Shown here piece after piece: positions 1-14,829 of a stretch of 64,000 bases of DNA (position 1 is the first letter of the stretch; every line of letters begins with the position of its first letter). A model generated the notes under the pieces. The model was not told the origin of the DNA. It did no database searches and saw nothing but the letters and a program-made list of their open reading frames with translations. The stretch is from positions 26,474,001 to 26,538,000 of the forward strand of contig OZ024746.1 of NCBI GenBank assembly GCA_964016885.1, written 5' to 3'. This stretch comes from Eledone cirrhosa. Taxonomy: Eukaryota. The position numbers were made by a program, and so were the translations under genes.

Positions 1-181
1 TACACTTAACTACTCTCTCCTTCTCCCTCCACTCACACATCCTCCATCCTACATATTACTTTCACTCTCTCCCCCCTCCCCCTCTCCCCCTCTCTCACTT
101 AACTTTCTCTTTTTTCTCTCACCATCCTCTCACTCCGTCCTTCTCTCCCTTTACTTTTATCTCTCCTACTAAAATTGGGAT

Positions 182-319
182 TATAAATAGATACGCCGGT
201 CTCTACAACTGAAAGTAAATCTATTCTCATCCAAATAGTAAACTATGGATGTTGGGAACTTTCAAATTCTCCATCTTCAATATATATCAACGGTATTTCC
301 AAATATATAAGTTTCATTG
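182..319 (+). promoter_or_regulatory. Putative TATA core promoter and distal first exon of copy A
   Basis: TATAAATA at 182-189 after a long pyrimidine tract and followed by acgccggtctct. ATGs at 245 and 249, and a strong donor TG|gtaagt at 319/320. Same arrangement on - at 10329-10336, 25105-25112, ~36080 and ~47955. Confidence 0.6.
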
Positions 320-345
320 GTAAGTATATAAAGTCACATTATAAT

Positions 346-489
346 CTGAGCTCAAATCCCGCCGACGAGGTTAACTTTGCCTTTCATCCTTATGGGGTCG
401 ATAAAATAAAGTACCAGTCACGCACTGAGGTCGATTTAATCGACTTTCCCCTCCCCCCAAATTACTGGCCTTGTGCCTATATAAGAAAC
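346..489 (+). mobile_element. 5'-truncated octopus-type SINE in intron 1 of copy A
   Basis: ctttgcctttcatcct..ggggtcgataaaataaagtaccagt core. TSD cattataat at 337-345 and 490-498. Empty site in the minus copies (e.g. 10173-10181). Confidence 0.8.
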
Positions 490-651
490 CATTATAATTC
501 TATTGACTATCATTTATTAATTGTATTCAAAAGAGTACAAGCAAATTTACTGACTTCTCACATTTATATTTCCTCTAACAAATTTATAAAATATCATGTG
601 TAAGTAGAATATTCTATGTTATAGTCACTGTAATATTGTTGTTTGAGTTGT

Positions 652-1514
<863 letters not shown>

Positions 1515-1860
1515 CAGGTAAATGACCCATTCCCGACCAGTTATGTGATCGTGTACTTATTTAATTGTAAGATGTCTTTCTTCACATATTTTCCCATTTA
1601 TCCAATGATTATTCTTGAGTATCTTGTCTTACTTTTCTTTTAATTATTCTATTTTAACTATCTATGTGTGTTGTAGGAGAAATTTTCACAGTTGGGGAGG
1701 TGACATTCAGTGTTCTACAATCATGTAGTTGCTGCTAAATGAGAGTTTACAATATTCTTTGTTTATTTTTGTAGTACACTACAACCATACTATAGTCTAA
1801 TGCTCTCCATAATTGACCTTCTCGTCATCAATTTAGCTATTGATTATCTTGAAATTCATT

Positions 1861-2368
1861 ATGAAATCTGTCTATAATTTATTTACACAGTGGGGTATGA
1901 TTTCGCGAAGATTTAGTTCCTGCTTCTGTGTAGAAATCCCCAATATTCCCAATTTAAATATTTATCACTAATCCAGAATGTAATTCTTCTCTTAAAATAT
2001 AATAAAATATTTCTCGTATTAATTACTGATAAAGTTTAAATATTTCCTTGTTTAATTAATAAAATCTTTAAACCTTTTTTCTCCTCCAGATTGGCAATAT
2101 ACATTGGTTTTATGTCTCTCAACATGGATGACATTGATCCATGGATTACCTATACAATCTACAACAACAACAACTGAATTATCTGATATATCTGATATAA
2201 AAACTGAAATAGATACGGCATTGACGTTAGCAAAAAGAACCACAGCAGCCGTAAACAATACTTTGGTTAATTATGTAAGTTAAGATTTCATTATTTTTCC
2301 CAACCTTTTCTCACTACCTCTCTCTCATTCTCTCTCTTTCTCTCTTTATTTTTCTATCTTTATCAATT

Positions 2369-2424
<56 letters not shown>

Positions 2425-3624
2425 TCTCTCTCTCTCTCTGTCTCTCACTCTCTCTGTCTCTATCACTCTGACTTTCTCACTCAGATGAATATTTATAATA
2501 GATATATTAGTATAATCTAAATTAAAATAATTTGTTCCATATATCATGTGTCAGACTCTCCATCCTATCTCATAAAGTGTTATATATTTTTCTACAGTGT
2601 AACAATACTCCATTGCTGTTTGCTAAAAGCTGTCCACAATTTATAAACAAGTTACTCCACAATATGGATGTTAAATTTCCACAGATGAATATTCAGGACA
2701 ATATCACCGTCAACAACATTGATTTATTAAAGGTTTGTATATATTTATTTCTGTCATTAGCACAATATCATAAAATTAAGACAAAACAATATATTAACTT
2801 TGAACATCTTATGTTTATTGTCTCATGAACTCATAATACATTTTATAGAAATGACAGTGATTCTGAAATATATAATTTCTCACAATTCTTCATTACAGAT
2901 GTCTCTGTTCAACATGTCTACAACTCTTAATAAATATGTTGTTGTGATGAAGAATCAGGTGAAGAGAGAATATGACAATCTGTGTGCTCCTGCCACACGT
3001 ATAGGAGCACAGTGTTACTACCCAGCTGCTTGTTCTAAACTCACACGAACATCAGATGCTATATTCTATTGTTATCTAAGACAGACTGTTTATTACTTGT
3101 TTGATCTGAAAATTCTGCTAAGTTTACCAGTAAGTGTTGATAATATAATATATCCAAACTGTATTCTCACATAATTTGTGTAATGTCAATGTAATCATTG
3201 CTAATTGATTTCATATTTCCTATAGTGAAATATAATGAATGAAATTTCTACAGTAGATAATGCATATAGGACTTATACTACTAACATTTACGTTAAGTAA
3301 CAACATTTCTTTGATAATACATATGTATATAGAATAAAACTCAGATTAACGAAAGAGCGTTAATACCATATTTGTATATTCATATATATATATATATGTG
3401 TGTGTGTAAGATTATATGAGTATATTTTAACCCGATATATATCCTTTTATTTTCAGATATTTCAGTTGTCTTCGAAAGTCCAAAACAATGAGGATGTGAA
3501 TGAGAGTCTCTTTGTACCAACAGATATTCCAATCATTGAACATCGATGGTTTACCATGGTTACACTACATACTCTTCTTGAACATATAAACCATATTCAA
3601 CAAATACTTAAATCATACATGTGA
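1861..3624 (+). CDS. Spliced gene copy A: secreted four-helix-bundle cytokine-like protein. Exons 1861-1894 (tentative first exon), 2090-2274, 2598-2732, 2899-3129, 3457-3624; 250 aa
   Basis: Exons 2-5 have pyrimidine-rich ..cag acceptors and gtaagt/gtttgt/gtaagt donors and join in frame without stops (phases 1,0,0,0). Protein: MKSVYNLFTQWD-WQYTLVLCLSTWMTLIHG/LPIQSTTTTTELSDISDIKTEIDTALTLAKRTTAAVNNTLVNY-CNNTPLLFAKSCPQFINKLLHNMDVKFPQMNIQDNITVNNIDLLK-MSLFNMSTTLNKYVVVMKNQVKREYDNLCAPATRIGAQCYYPAACSKLTRTSDAIFYCYLRQTVYYLFDLKILLSLP-IFQLSSKVQNNEDVNESLFVPTDIPIIEHRWFTMVTLHTLLEHINHIQQILKSYM*. The choice of first exon is uncertain. Confidence 0.8.
2370..2460. repeat. (CT)n microsatellite in intron 2
   Basis: Direct reading. 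Appears as (GA)n in every minus copy. Confidence 0.97.
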
Positions 3625-3988
3625 AATATCTAATGCTCAATCTATAATATTCCTTGGTACCCCTGTCAGTTAGACACTCAGATACAAGTGTATCGTTATA
3701 AATATGTAGAAGTGTTTCAGCTTCAATTCTCAACAATACTGTTGTAATTTTGTAAATATATTTTCTAAAAATATGAATATTTTATCTAATTTCTCTGTAA
3801 TGCTTGATATATAACAGAGAACTCTACATTTATATCCTATGTAAAATTATGTATCATTTCTTTAAATTTATAATCCTACTGAAATGGTATTATTGATAAC
3901 ACCAAACTGGAACTGTAAAGTATATATCTATATTTTAGAAAATTATTTGTTATATAAACTTTTTATATTTATATTTTTTTATTGAATC

Positions 3989-3994
3989 ATTAAA
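3989..3994 (+). terminator. Possible polyadenylation signal ATTAAA of copy A
   Basis: ~365 nt after the stop, followed by a T-rich tract at 4021-4040. Retained in the minus copies (ctttaatg at ~7590). Confidence 0.35.
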
Positions 3995-4349
3995 GATATT
4001 GAATTCATATTACGTTCGACTTTTTTTTTATTTTTACTTTCATTTGTTAGTAATTTCTTTTAATATATAATGTATTCATATTATACATATAATATACTTT
4101 GAAATGTATATCATATATATATGATTGAACGTTTATTTCACAATAAACTTCACTATAACAATATTGGCGATACTCTTGGAGACTTGAGTTAGTCTTACAC
4201 TGGTGTGTGGTATTTATTAATCTTAGGCCATATCGAGCCATTTGAAAATGTATGTACTGCCGTTTGAAAGATGCAGAGATATCTTCAACGTTTCATTTTA
4301 TTTAACGTTTATCTTTTCAATTTATTATGATTGGTAGAAAAATACACAC

Positions 4350-5015
4350 TGGTGATATATCTACTGGAGTGTGTCTTCATGCATTCTGTCATGCCTGGTC
4401 AGTCCACCAACTGACTTTTAAATTAAGCCACACTCACTACAAATGTACCGTGGAGAGCGTGAGTTTCTTTGGCTTATGCCAAAGGTTCTCAAACTTTTGA
4501 AGCCACCGCCCCTCTTACGGCCACGTAATACCCTCAGCGCCCCCAACCCTATTTCCAGAGAGACCTGCCTACACGCAAGTTGTAAATAATATATAACAAA
4601 TAAAATAGTTAATTTTTATATAATAAAATAATGTAATATATACTATGTATAAATAAATATTATATATTTTTTATTTTACTATATTGATATATAATATGTA
4701 TAAATATGATATTTAATATACTATTTATCATCTCTATCGTCCCCTTACGCCAAAGCACCCCCAGGACCTTCTCAATGATCCGGGGTGGGGGCGTTAGCGT
4801 CCACTTTGAGAACCTTTGGTTTATGCGGTGGCATTTTTCCTCTGATCAGTTCCCCATAAAATAACCGTTTAGGAAGCCCTTCATCTTCCATCCTGCTCAA
4901 GTCACCAGCCCAATGCATCTAGCTCATTATAATCCTTATCTCAATACTGGTGCTACCCGCTTTTACGGTACAGCAGTATCAGATGTGTAAGAGGACCACT
5001 TGATGTTCAGTAAGC
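4350..5015 (-). mobile_element. RTE/BovB-like LINE 3' portion, interrupted by the MITE
   Basis: Minus-strand translation AGSTSIE...HWAGDLSRMEDEGLPKRLFYGEL..GK, typical of the RTE ORF C-terminus. Confidence 0.7.
4480..4818. mobile_element. hAT (Charlie-like) MITE
   Basis: TIR caaaggttctcaaa / tttgagaacctttg. 8-bp TSD gcttatgc (4472-4479) / gtttatgc (4819-4826). Later units have lost the left end. Confidence 0.8.
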
Positions 5016-5019
5016 GTGG

Positions 5020-5967
5020 GATACAAGATAAATCACAATGAGTGGATTGATGATAATGATGTTGCAATCACCAAGCCTAGTGAAGAGAAAAATAACTTGT
5101 ATTGAAGTGTCTTGTTGCAGATGGTCCAGTGATGATCACTTTTGAGAAGACCTTCAAAGAAACAAAGTCAAAACTGCCATATAAATTTCTAAGAATGAAG
5201 AATAAATTATGGTCTGAAGTTTCAGCCGAGATTCAGAAAGATTATAACTGCAGAGAATTGAAGGCATTATACAGCACAATAAGTTAAGCTTTTGGTCCAC
5301 AGCACTAAAACATGGCCCCATTGAAGTAAAGAGATGGGAAAGCCCTCATCAAAGCGATGGACACAGGGAAACTCTAGATTTTGATGGAATACCTGTTGAG
5401 CTGATCCGCTTTGGAGGAGACAATGTTGCGATGGCCATTCATAGACTAGTCTCATCAGTATAGCATTGTGGGCCTATCCCGCAAGGCTGGGTAGATGCAA
5501 TTTTTCTCTTGATTTACAATGGCAAGAGCTCCAAGTTTAAATGCGGTGGTTATCGTAGTATAAGTCTGCTCGTTTTGGCAGGGAATGTCTTATCCAAGGT
5601 CTTGTTAAATCGTCTAAATGAATCTGTTCTGGTGCCATCCCTGATAGCCAGTGTGGATTCGGAACTAGGCGGAATACTATAGACAGGATTTTTGCAGTCC
5701 ATCAGCTTATGGAGTGCGTTGAGCAGCAAGTGTCACTGTACAAAGTATTTGTGAAATTTATCAAAGCCTTTGATACTGTTAATCGTAGTACATTGTGAAT
5801 CATATTGGGGAAATTTGGATGCCTTCATAAATTTGTTGGAATATGCAAAAAATTCCATCAAAATATGAAAACAAAAGTGAACTTCAACGGGACACTTTCA
5901 GAGCCAATTTCAATGGCAAACGGTGTCTAGCAAGGTGGCATTCCTGCACCCACTCTGTTTACCATCA
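5020..5967 (+). mobile_element. Decayed RTE/BovB-like LINE RT fragment (also ~19600-20525, 31225-31826, ~42815-43740, ~59210-60133)
   Basis: DGIPVEL, W.DA, YRSISLL, VLLNRL, KAFDTVNR, NGV*QG..APTLF motifs with stops and frameshifts. Confidence 0.85.
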
Positions 5968-6990
5968 ATGACCATATCTTTCTTATTCGGGTGAAATATT
6001 CCCTGGTTACGCGTTCTTTGTCACCGATACCATCATAGGATATATTCTCATCTATCCCTAGGTATCTGTAGCAGTTCTTGTCAGATATCGGTGAAACAAT
6101 TAAGCTATTGATAAAAATGTTGCTAGATTGGCTTGTAGTTTTTCCCCGTTTTACAATCACATATGAACATTTAGGCTAAATTCCATTCCTATATCCTTTG
6201 AGAATGTCGTAACCAGGTCAAGATTTTTCTTTATCTCATTTACGTTTTTGGCATAGAGTTTCAGGTCATCCACAAAGACATTATCGATTAGGTTCGTATT
6301 TCTGGCCTCCTGGGAACCAATTATGTAACCTTCACATTTCTTGAGCAGAAAGGACAAGGGGTTTAATGACAGAATAAATAGTAACACAGAGAGAATATAC
6401 TCCTGTGATATTATATTTCATCAGTGAAAATAGCATCCTTCTCCTCTGTTTTTAACTTTAGGATAGTAGCCCAAGAAGAAGATAGGTTCTTTATGGCTCT
6501 GATAATAATATCTGGGACTATCATCCAAGAGTGGGGAACAGAACTTTCCTGTAGTCCAGCCAGACTGTAACCACATTCTTGTTAAGTTGTTGCATCTCTC
6601 ATTCCAGCTGCTTGCTCATCTGTTATGATGTTATTATTGTCGCAGGGATTTTGGAGAAATAGGTTCAAGCAGGCTGCATACATTTTATACATTAGATTCT
6701 GGCATGCAAAGTGGGGGTAGTTATTTTTTAAATTATAAATGGGTATCTTTGGGGACCAATATTGTTTGTATTAATGTCAACACCCCTGGTATATGTGCAT
6801 CTCCCAGGAGGGCTTTCTGGTAGAGGTTGATCATATACATCCGATAGAATGTCAGTTTTTTGTACAAGTAGCCAATAATCAAGTCTCTTCCTGCTGTTTT
6901 ATTAGCTTGGAGGTTTCCTATCACAGTCTGAAGGGTATCATCATTTAATCTGTATGGATTTGTTGCAGTGTAGGGACAGTAGTTCTTTTG
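5968..6990 (-). mobile_element. Decayed non-LTR RT fragment, R4/Dong-like (also ~20526-21550, ~31827-32570, ~43741-44408, ~60134-61155)
   Basis: LFILSLNPLSFLL, FVDDLKLYA, YRYLGI..KERVTREYF.RIRKIWS and KTAGRDLI motifs, frameshifted. Confidence 0.75.
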
Positions 6991-7962
6991 CATTTATAGG
7001 TGGAACTAGGACCAATACAACCGAATTAAGCTGAGGTAATGGTAATTCAAACAATTTAATTTTAATGATACTTCCAAAACTGGCTCCTTGTCTCATTAGA
7101 ATTAAAACTGCTAGATCAGCAGTAGGAAATATTTTTATGCCGGTATACACGCTTAGAAATTAACTGACATTCAATGAAGCCACAATTTGAAAAACATATA
7201 GTCCCGCTAAAGTTCAAGCCTTTGGAAATATATAATTTCGAATGTAGTTGTTACTTTTCGTAACAATCATAATAAATTGAACAGATTAACGTTCAATATA
7301 ATGAAATCAGCAAGAACGTTCTGCTTCTTTCAGTTGGCAGTAAATATTATTTTGGAAAGTTCGATATAAATATCTCAACCCTGTGTCAGAGTTTTTTCAT
7401 GTTTGCCAGACCATCACCAATATTGTTATAGCGAAGTTTATTGTGAAATAAACCTTCAATCATATACTGTATATGATATACATTTCAAAGTATATTATAT
7501 ATATAATATGAATACATTACACATTATAATAAATTGTAAACAAACGAAAGTAAGGTTTAAAAAAGTCGAACGTAATATAAATTCAATATCTTTAATGTTT
7601 CAATAAAAAAAATATAAATATAAAAAGTTTATATAACAAATAATTATCTAAAATATAGATATATATTTTACAGTTCCAGTTTGGTGTTATCAATAATACC
7701 ATTTTAGTGGGATTCTAAATTTTAAAAAATATTACATAATATTACATAGGATATAAATGTAGAGTTCTCTGTTATATATCAAGCATTACAGAGAAATTAG
7801 ATAAAATATTCATATTTCTTAGAAAATATATTTACAAAATTACAACAGTATTGTTGAGAATTGAAGCTGAAACACTTCTACATATTTATAACGATACACT
7901 TGTATCTGGGTGTCTAACTGACAGGGGTACCAAGGAATATTATAGATTGAGCATTAGATATT

Positions 7963-10269
<2,307 letters not shown>

Positions 10270-11246
10270 CCATAGTTTACTATTTGGATGAGAATAGATT
10301 TACTTTCAGTTGTAGAGACCGGCGTATCTATTTATAATCCCAATTTTAGTAGGAGAGATAAAAGTAGAGGGGGAGAAAGACGGAGTGAGAGAATGGTGAA
10401 AGAAAAAATAGAAAGTTAAGTGAGAGGGAGAGGGGGAGAGAGAGGCGGCGGGAGAGAGTGAAAGTAATATGTAGGATGGAGGACGTGTGAGTGGAGGGAG
10501 AAGGAGAGAGTAGTTAATTGTAACAATGAATAACTATTTTTATCTTAATTTTAGGTCAAAAGTCTATTTTACTTTATTTCATTGATGGGAAACATTTATT
10601 TCGTAGAAGTGTCATTTTAAACATTTAGAATCACACACAAACACAAATCTTGGTTTTATATATATTATGTTTCTCTCAGAGCCAAAACTTCCAACAAAGA
10701 TTTTGATGCTAAGAAGTTAATGCTATTTATGTTAAAAGATTTGTGTTTTTCATATTGTAATATTTTCAATCTCTTCCATAACCTCCGCTGAGAAAATACC
10801 ACAATTCTTGGAATATGCAACACTTTCATTATGAAACATAAGACGGAAGTGTTACAATACATGTGACCTCCTACACAGCATCACACTGTCATAGTAATAG
10901 TAAAATATATGTCAGTTTCCATAAACGCTGAAACATAACCGAAAGTAAACAATTATCATTTAGTAAATATAGAATATTAAAGAGGTTATATTTTATATTA
11001 CGTGCATGTGGTTAGAATGTCTGAAGAATGAATCAATGGACAGATTTGACGGACAAAACCAACTGGCAGGGTACCCTGGGTGCAACCCGAGTAAGACGGT
11101 AGGGTAAAATACATGAGATCGGCTGGTCTCAATTGAGTATCCAGCCGGATCAAATATTGATTAAATAGATCATCAATAGTTTTGGAGGATTGGTGGTCAT
11201 CCTTCTCTCTCCGTATTACATGAGTTATAATTTATAGGTCTGTTAA

Positions 11247-13913
11247 TTTTCTCCAGTGTATAGGTGTGGTGATTTTCTCCAGTCTATAGGTGTGGTGATT
11301 TTCTCCAGTCTATAGGTGTGGTGATTTTCTCCAGTCTATAGGTGTGGTGATTTTCTCCAGTCTATAGGTGTGGTGATTTTCTCCAGTCTCTAGGTGTCGG
11401 GGATTTTCTCCAGTCTATAGGTGTGGTGATTTTCTCCAGTCTATAGGTGTGGTGATTTTCTCCACTCTATAGGTGTGGTGATTTTCTCCAGTCTATAGGT
11501 GTGGTGATTTTCTCCAGTCTATAGGTGTGGTGATTTTCTCCAGTCTCTAGGTGTCGGGGATTTTCTCCAGTCTATAGGTGTGGTGATTTTCTCCAGTCTA
11601 TAGGTGTGGTGATTTTCTCCAGTCTATAGGTGTGGTGATTTTCTCCAGTCTATAGGTGTGGTGATTTTCTCCAGTCTATAGGTGTGGTGATTTTCTCCAG
11701 TCTATAGGTGTGGTGATTTTCTCCAGTCTATAGGTGTGGTGATTTTCTCCAGTCTATAGGTGTGGTGATTTTCTCCAGTCTATAGGTGTGGTGGTGATTT
11801 TCTCCAGTCTATAGGTGTGGTGATTTTCTCCAGTCTCTAGGTGTCGGGGATTTTCTCCAGTCTATAGGTGTGGTGATTTTCTCCAGTCTATAGGTGTGGT
11901 GATTTTCTCCAGTCTATAGGTGTGGTGATTTTCTCCAGTCTATAGGTGTGGTGGTGATTTCTCCAGTCTATAGGTGTGGTGATTTTCTCCAGTCTCTAGG
12001 TGTCGGGGATTTTCTCCAGTCTATAGGTGTGGTGATTTTCTCCAGTCTATAGGTGTGGTGGTGATTTTCACCAGTCTATAGGTGTGGTGATTTTCTCCAG
12101 TCTATAGGTGTGGTGATTTTCTCCAGTCTATAGGTGTGGTGATTTTCTCCAGTCTATAGGTGTGGTGATTTTCTCCAGTCTATAGGTGTGGTGATTTTCT
12201 CCAGTCTCTAGGTGTCGGGGATTGTCTCCTGTCTATAGGTGTGGTGGTGATTTTCTCCAGTCTATAGGTGTGGTGATTTTCTCCAGTCTCTAGGTGTCGG
12301 GGATTTTCTCCAGTCTATAGGTGTGGTGATTTTCTCCAGTCTCTAGGTGTGGTGATTTTCTCCAGTCTATAGGTGTGGTGATTTTCTCCAGTCTATAGGT
12401 GTGGTGATTTTCTCCAGTCTATAGGTGTGGTGATTTTCTCCAGTCTCTAGGTGTGGTGATTTTCTCCAGTCTATAGGTGTGGTGATTTTCTCCACTCTAT
12501 AGGTGTGGTGATTTTCTCCAGTCTATAGGTGTGGTGATTTTCTCCAGTCTATAGGTGTGGTGATTTTCTCCAGTCTATAGGTGTGGTGATTTTCTCCAGT
12601 CTCTAGGTGTCGGGGATTTTCTCCAGTCTATAGGTGTGGTGATTTTCTCCAGTCTATAGGTGTGGTGATTTTCTCCAGTCTATAGGTGTGGTGATTTTCT
12701 CCAGTCTATAGGTGTGGTGGTGATTTTCTCCAGTCTATAGGTGTGGTGATTTTCTCCAGTCTATAGGTGTGGTGATTTTCTCCAGTCTATAGGTGTGGTG
12801 GTGATTTTCTCCAGTCTATAGGTGTGGTGATTTTCTCCAGTCTATAGGTGTGGTGATTTTCTCCTGTCTATAGGTGTGGTGATTTTCTCCAGTGTATAGG
12901 TGTGGTGATTTTCTCCAGTCTATAGGTGTGGTGATTTTCTCCAGTCTCTAGATGTCGGGGATTTTCTCCAGTCTATAGGTGTGGTGATTTTCTCCAGTCT
13001 ATAGGTGTGGTGATTTTCTCCAGTCTATAGGTGTGGTGATTTTCTCCAGTCTATAGGTGTGGTGATTTTCTCCAGTCTATAGGTGTGGTGATTTTCTCCA
13101 GTCTCTAGGTGTCGGGGATTTTCTCCAGTCTATAGGTGTGGTGATTTTCTCCAGTCTATAGGTGTGGTGATTTTCTCCAGTCTATAGGTGTGGTGATTTT
13201 CTCCAGTGTATAGGTGTGGTGATTTTCTCCAGTCTATAGGTGTGGTGATTTTCTCCAGTCTATAGGTGTGGTGATTTTCTCCAGTCTCTAGGTGTCGGGG
13301 ATTTTCTCCAGTGTATAGGTGTGGTGATTTTCTCCAGTCTATAGGTGTGGTGATTTTCTCCAGTCTCTAGGTGTCGGGGATTTTCTCCAGTCTATAGGTG
13401 TGGTGATTTTCTCCAGTCTATAGGTGTGGTGATTTTCTCCAGTCTATAGGTGTGGTGATTTTCTCCAGTCTATAGGTGTGGTGGTGATTTTCTCCAGTCT
13501 ATAGGTGTGGTGATTTTCTCCAGTCTATAGGTGTGGTGATTTTCTCCAGTCTATAGGTGTGGTGATTTTCTCCAGTCTATAGGTGTGGTGATTTTCTCCA
13601 GTCTATAGGTGTGGTGATTTTCTCCAGTCTCTAGGTGTCGGGGATTTTCTCCAGTCTATAGGTGTGGTGATTTTCTCCAGTCTATAGGTGTGGTGATTTT
13701 CTCCAGTCTATAGGTGTGGTGATTTTCTCCAGTCTATAGGTGTGGTGATTTTCTCCAGTCTATAGGTGTGGTGATTTTCTCCAGTCTCTAGGTGTCGGGG
13801 ATTTTCTCCTGTCTATAGGTGTGGTGATTTTCTCCAGTCTATAGGTGTGGTTATTTTCTCCTGTCTATAGGTATGGTGATTTTCTCCATTCTATAGGTGT
13901 CGGGGATTTTCTT
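11247..13913. repeat. 26-bp minisatellite (ttttctccagtctataggtgtggtga)n, about 100 units, with 27- and 29-bp variants
   Basis: Direct reading. Variants ..tctctaggtgtcgggga and ..gtggtggtga are interspersed. Confidence 0.97.
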
Positions 13914-14829
13914 CAAGATTTGTAAGTCTTATATTTAGTTTGACTTAGTACAATATTTCTATGAGTGAACTACTTGAGTGTCTGGTTGATGTGTTAATGT
14001 TACTACAATAGAAATAATTACCTATAGGAAAATAATAATAGTATGCACAGTTCATTACTGGTATCTTTGGATCAACACATCTATCAACAAATCTACCAAC
14101 TAATCTATCAGATGTCACGATAAATCTCTGGTCAAAATATTTACCATTAATCACTTGTTTGTACACTTCTCTTTTATTTTAAACCTATTCATATAACTAT
14201 GTGGTCTTGTCATGGTGTTGGAGTTCTTCAGATTGGTTCCTTCCAATCCTTTGGAACACATAATAACTGCTTGTGTACACCTGTCTTCGGAGAATCCTGC
14301 AACAATTTAATAATCAAAATTCAATATATATATATATAGTGACGAAACATAAGTCAATTGCATGAACTCATAATCCTTTATTTACTGCTATATATATTTC
14401 GATGATAGTCATTGAATGACTATGACCTCATCAGGCAGTTAGTCATTTCTTAGATATGCCAGCTCTGTGTTTATAGTGTTGATGGTATCAGAGCCTTGGG
14501 ACATATATATATATATATATATATATATGGTAGGGAGGTGTAGGCATGATTCTCATGCTGAATACAGGAAATATTTATGCATCAGTCATGTAATAAGAAA
14601 TGATACTAATAATTACTCCTGACAGAAATCTAAGAGAAAACATTCAAGGAAAAAAGGTGTATCTAATCAAAATGACTTCAGTACATCACAGGTGTTATTT
14701 TATTGATTTTCGATGATTTGAAATCAAACCTTAATGACATAACTAATTAACGTGAATCTAACATCTAACCTAATGATAATTGTTTATATTAATATCATTT
14801 TTTGCATAGACACAATAGCACAAAGCATA

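Noticed and set aside
2052-2258. ORF MFTAAVVLF.. and its copies as a separate gene
   Set aside because: It is the antisense shadow of exon 2 of the cytokine-like gene.
2983-3009. Hairpin tgtgctcct/aggagcaca as a miRNA precursor
   Set aside because: Only a 9-bp stem, inside coding exon 4, and too short for a pre-miRNA.
2532-3174. 98-aa and 124/130-aa ORFs as standalone single-exon genes
   Set aside because: They are exons 3 and 4 with intronic read-through, and splice sites bound the coding cores.
3625-3990. AU-rich elements in the 3' UTR as evidence of cytokine mRNA
   Set aside because: Only scattered ATTTA, at a level expected in such AT-rich DNA.
11247-13913. CRISPR-like array or C2H2 zinc-finger (TGEK linker-like actggagaaaa) coding repeat
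   Set aside because: Repeats are contiguous with no unique spacers and no cas genes. The 26-bp period is not a multiple of 3 and no long ORF spans it.
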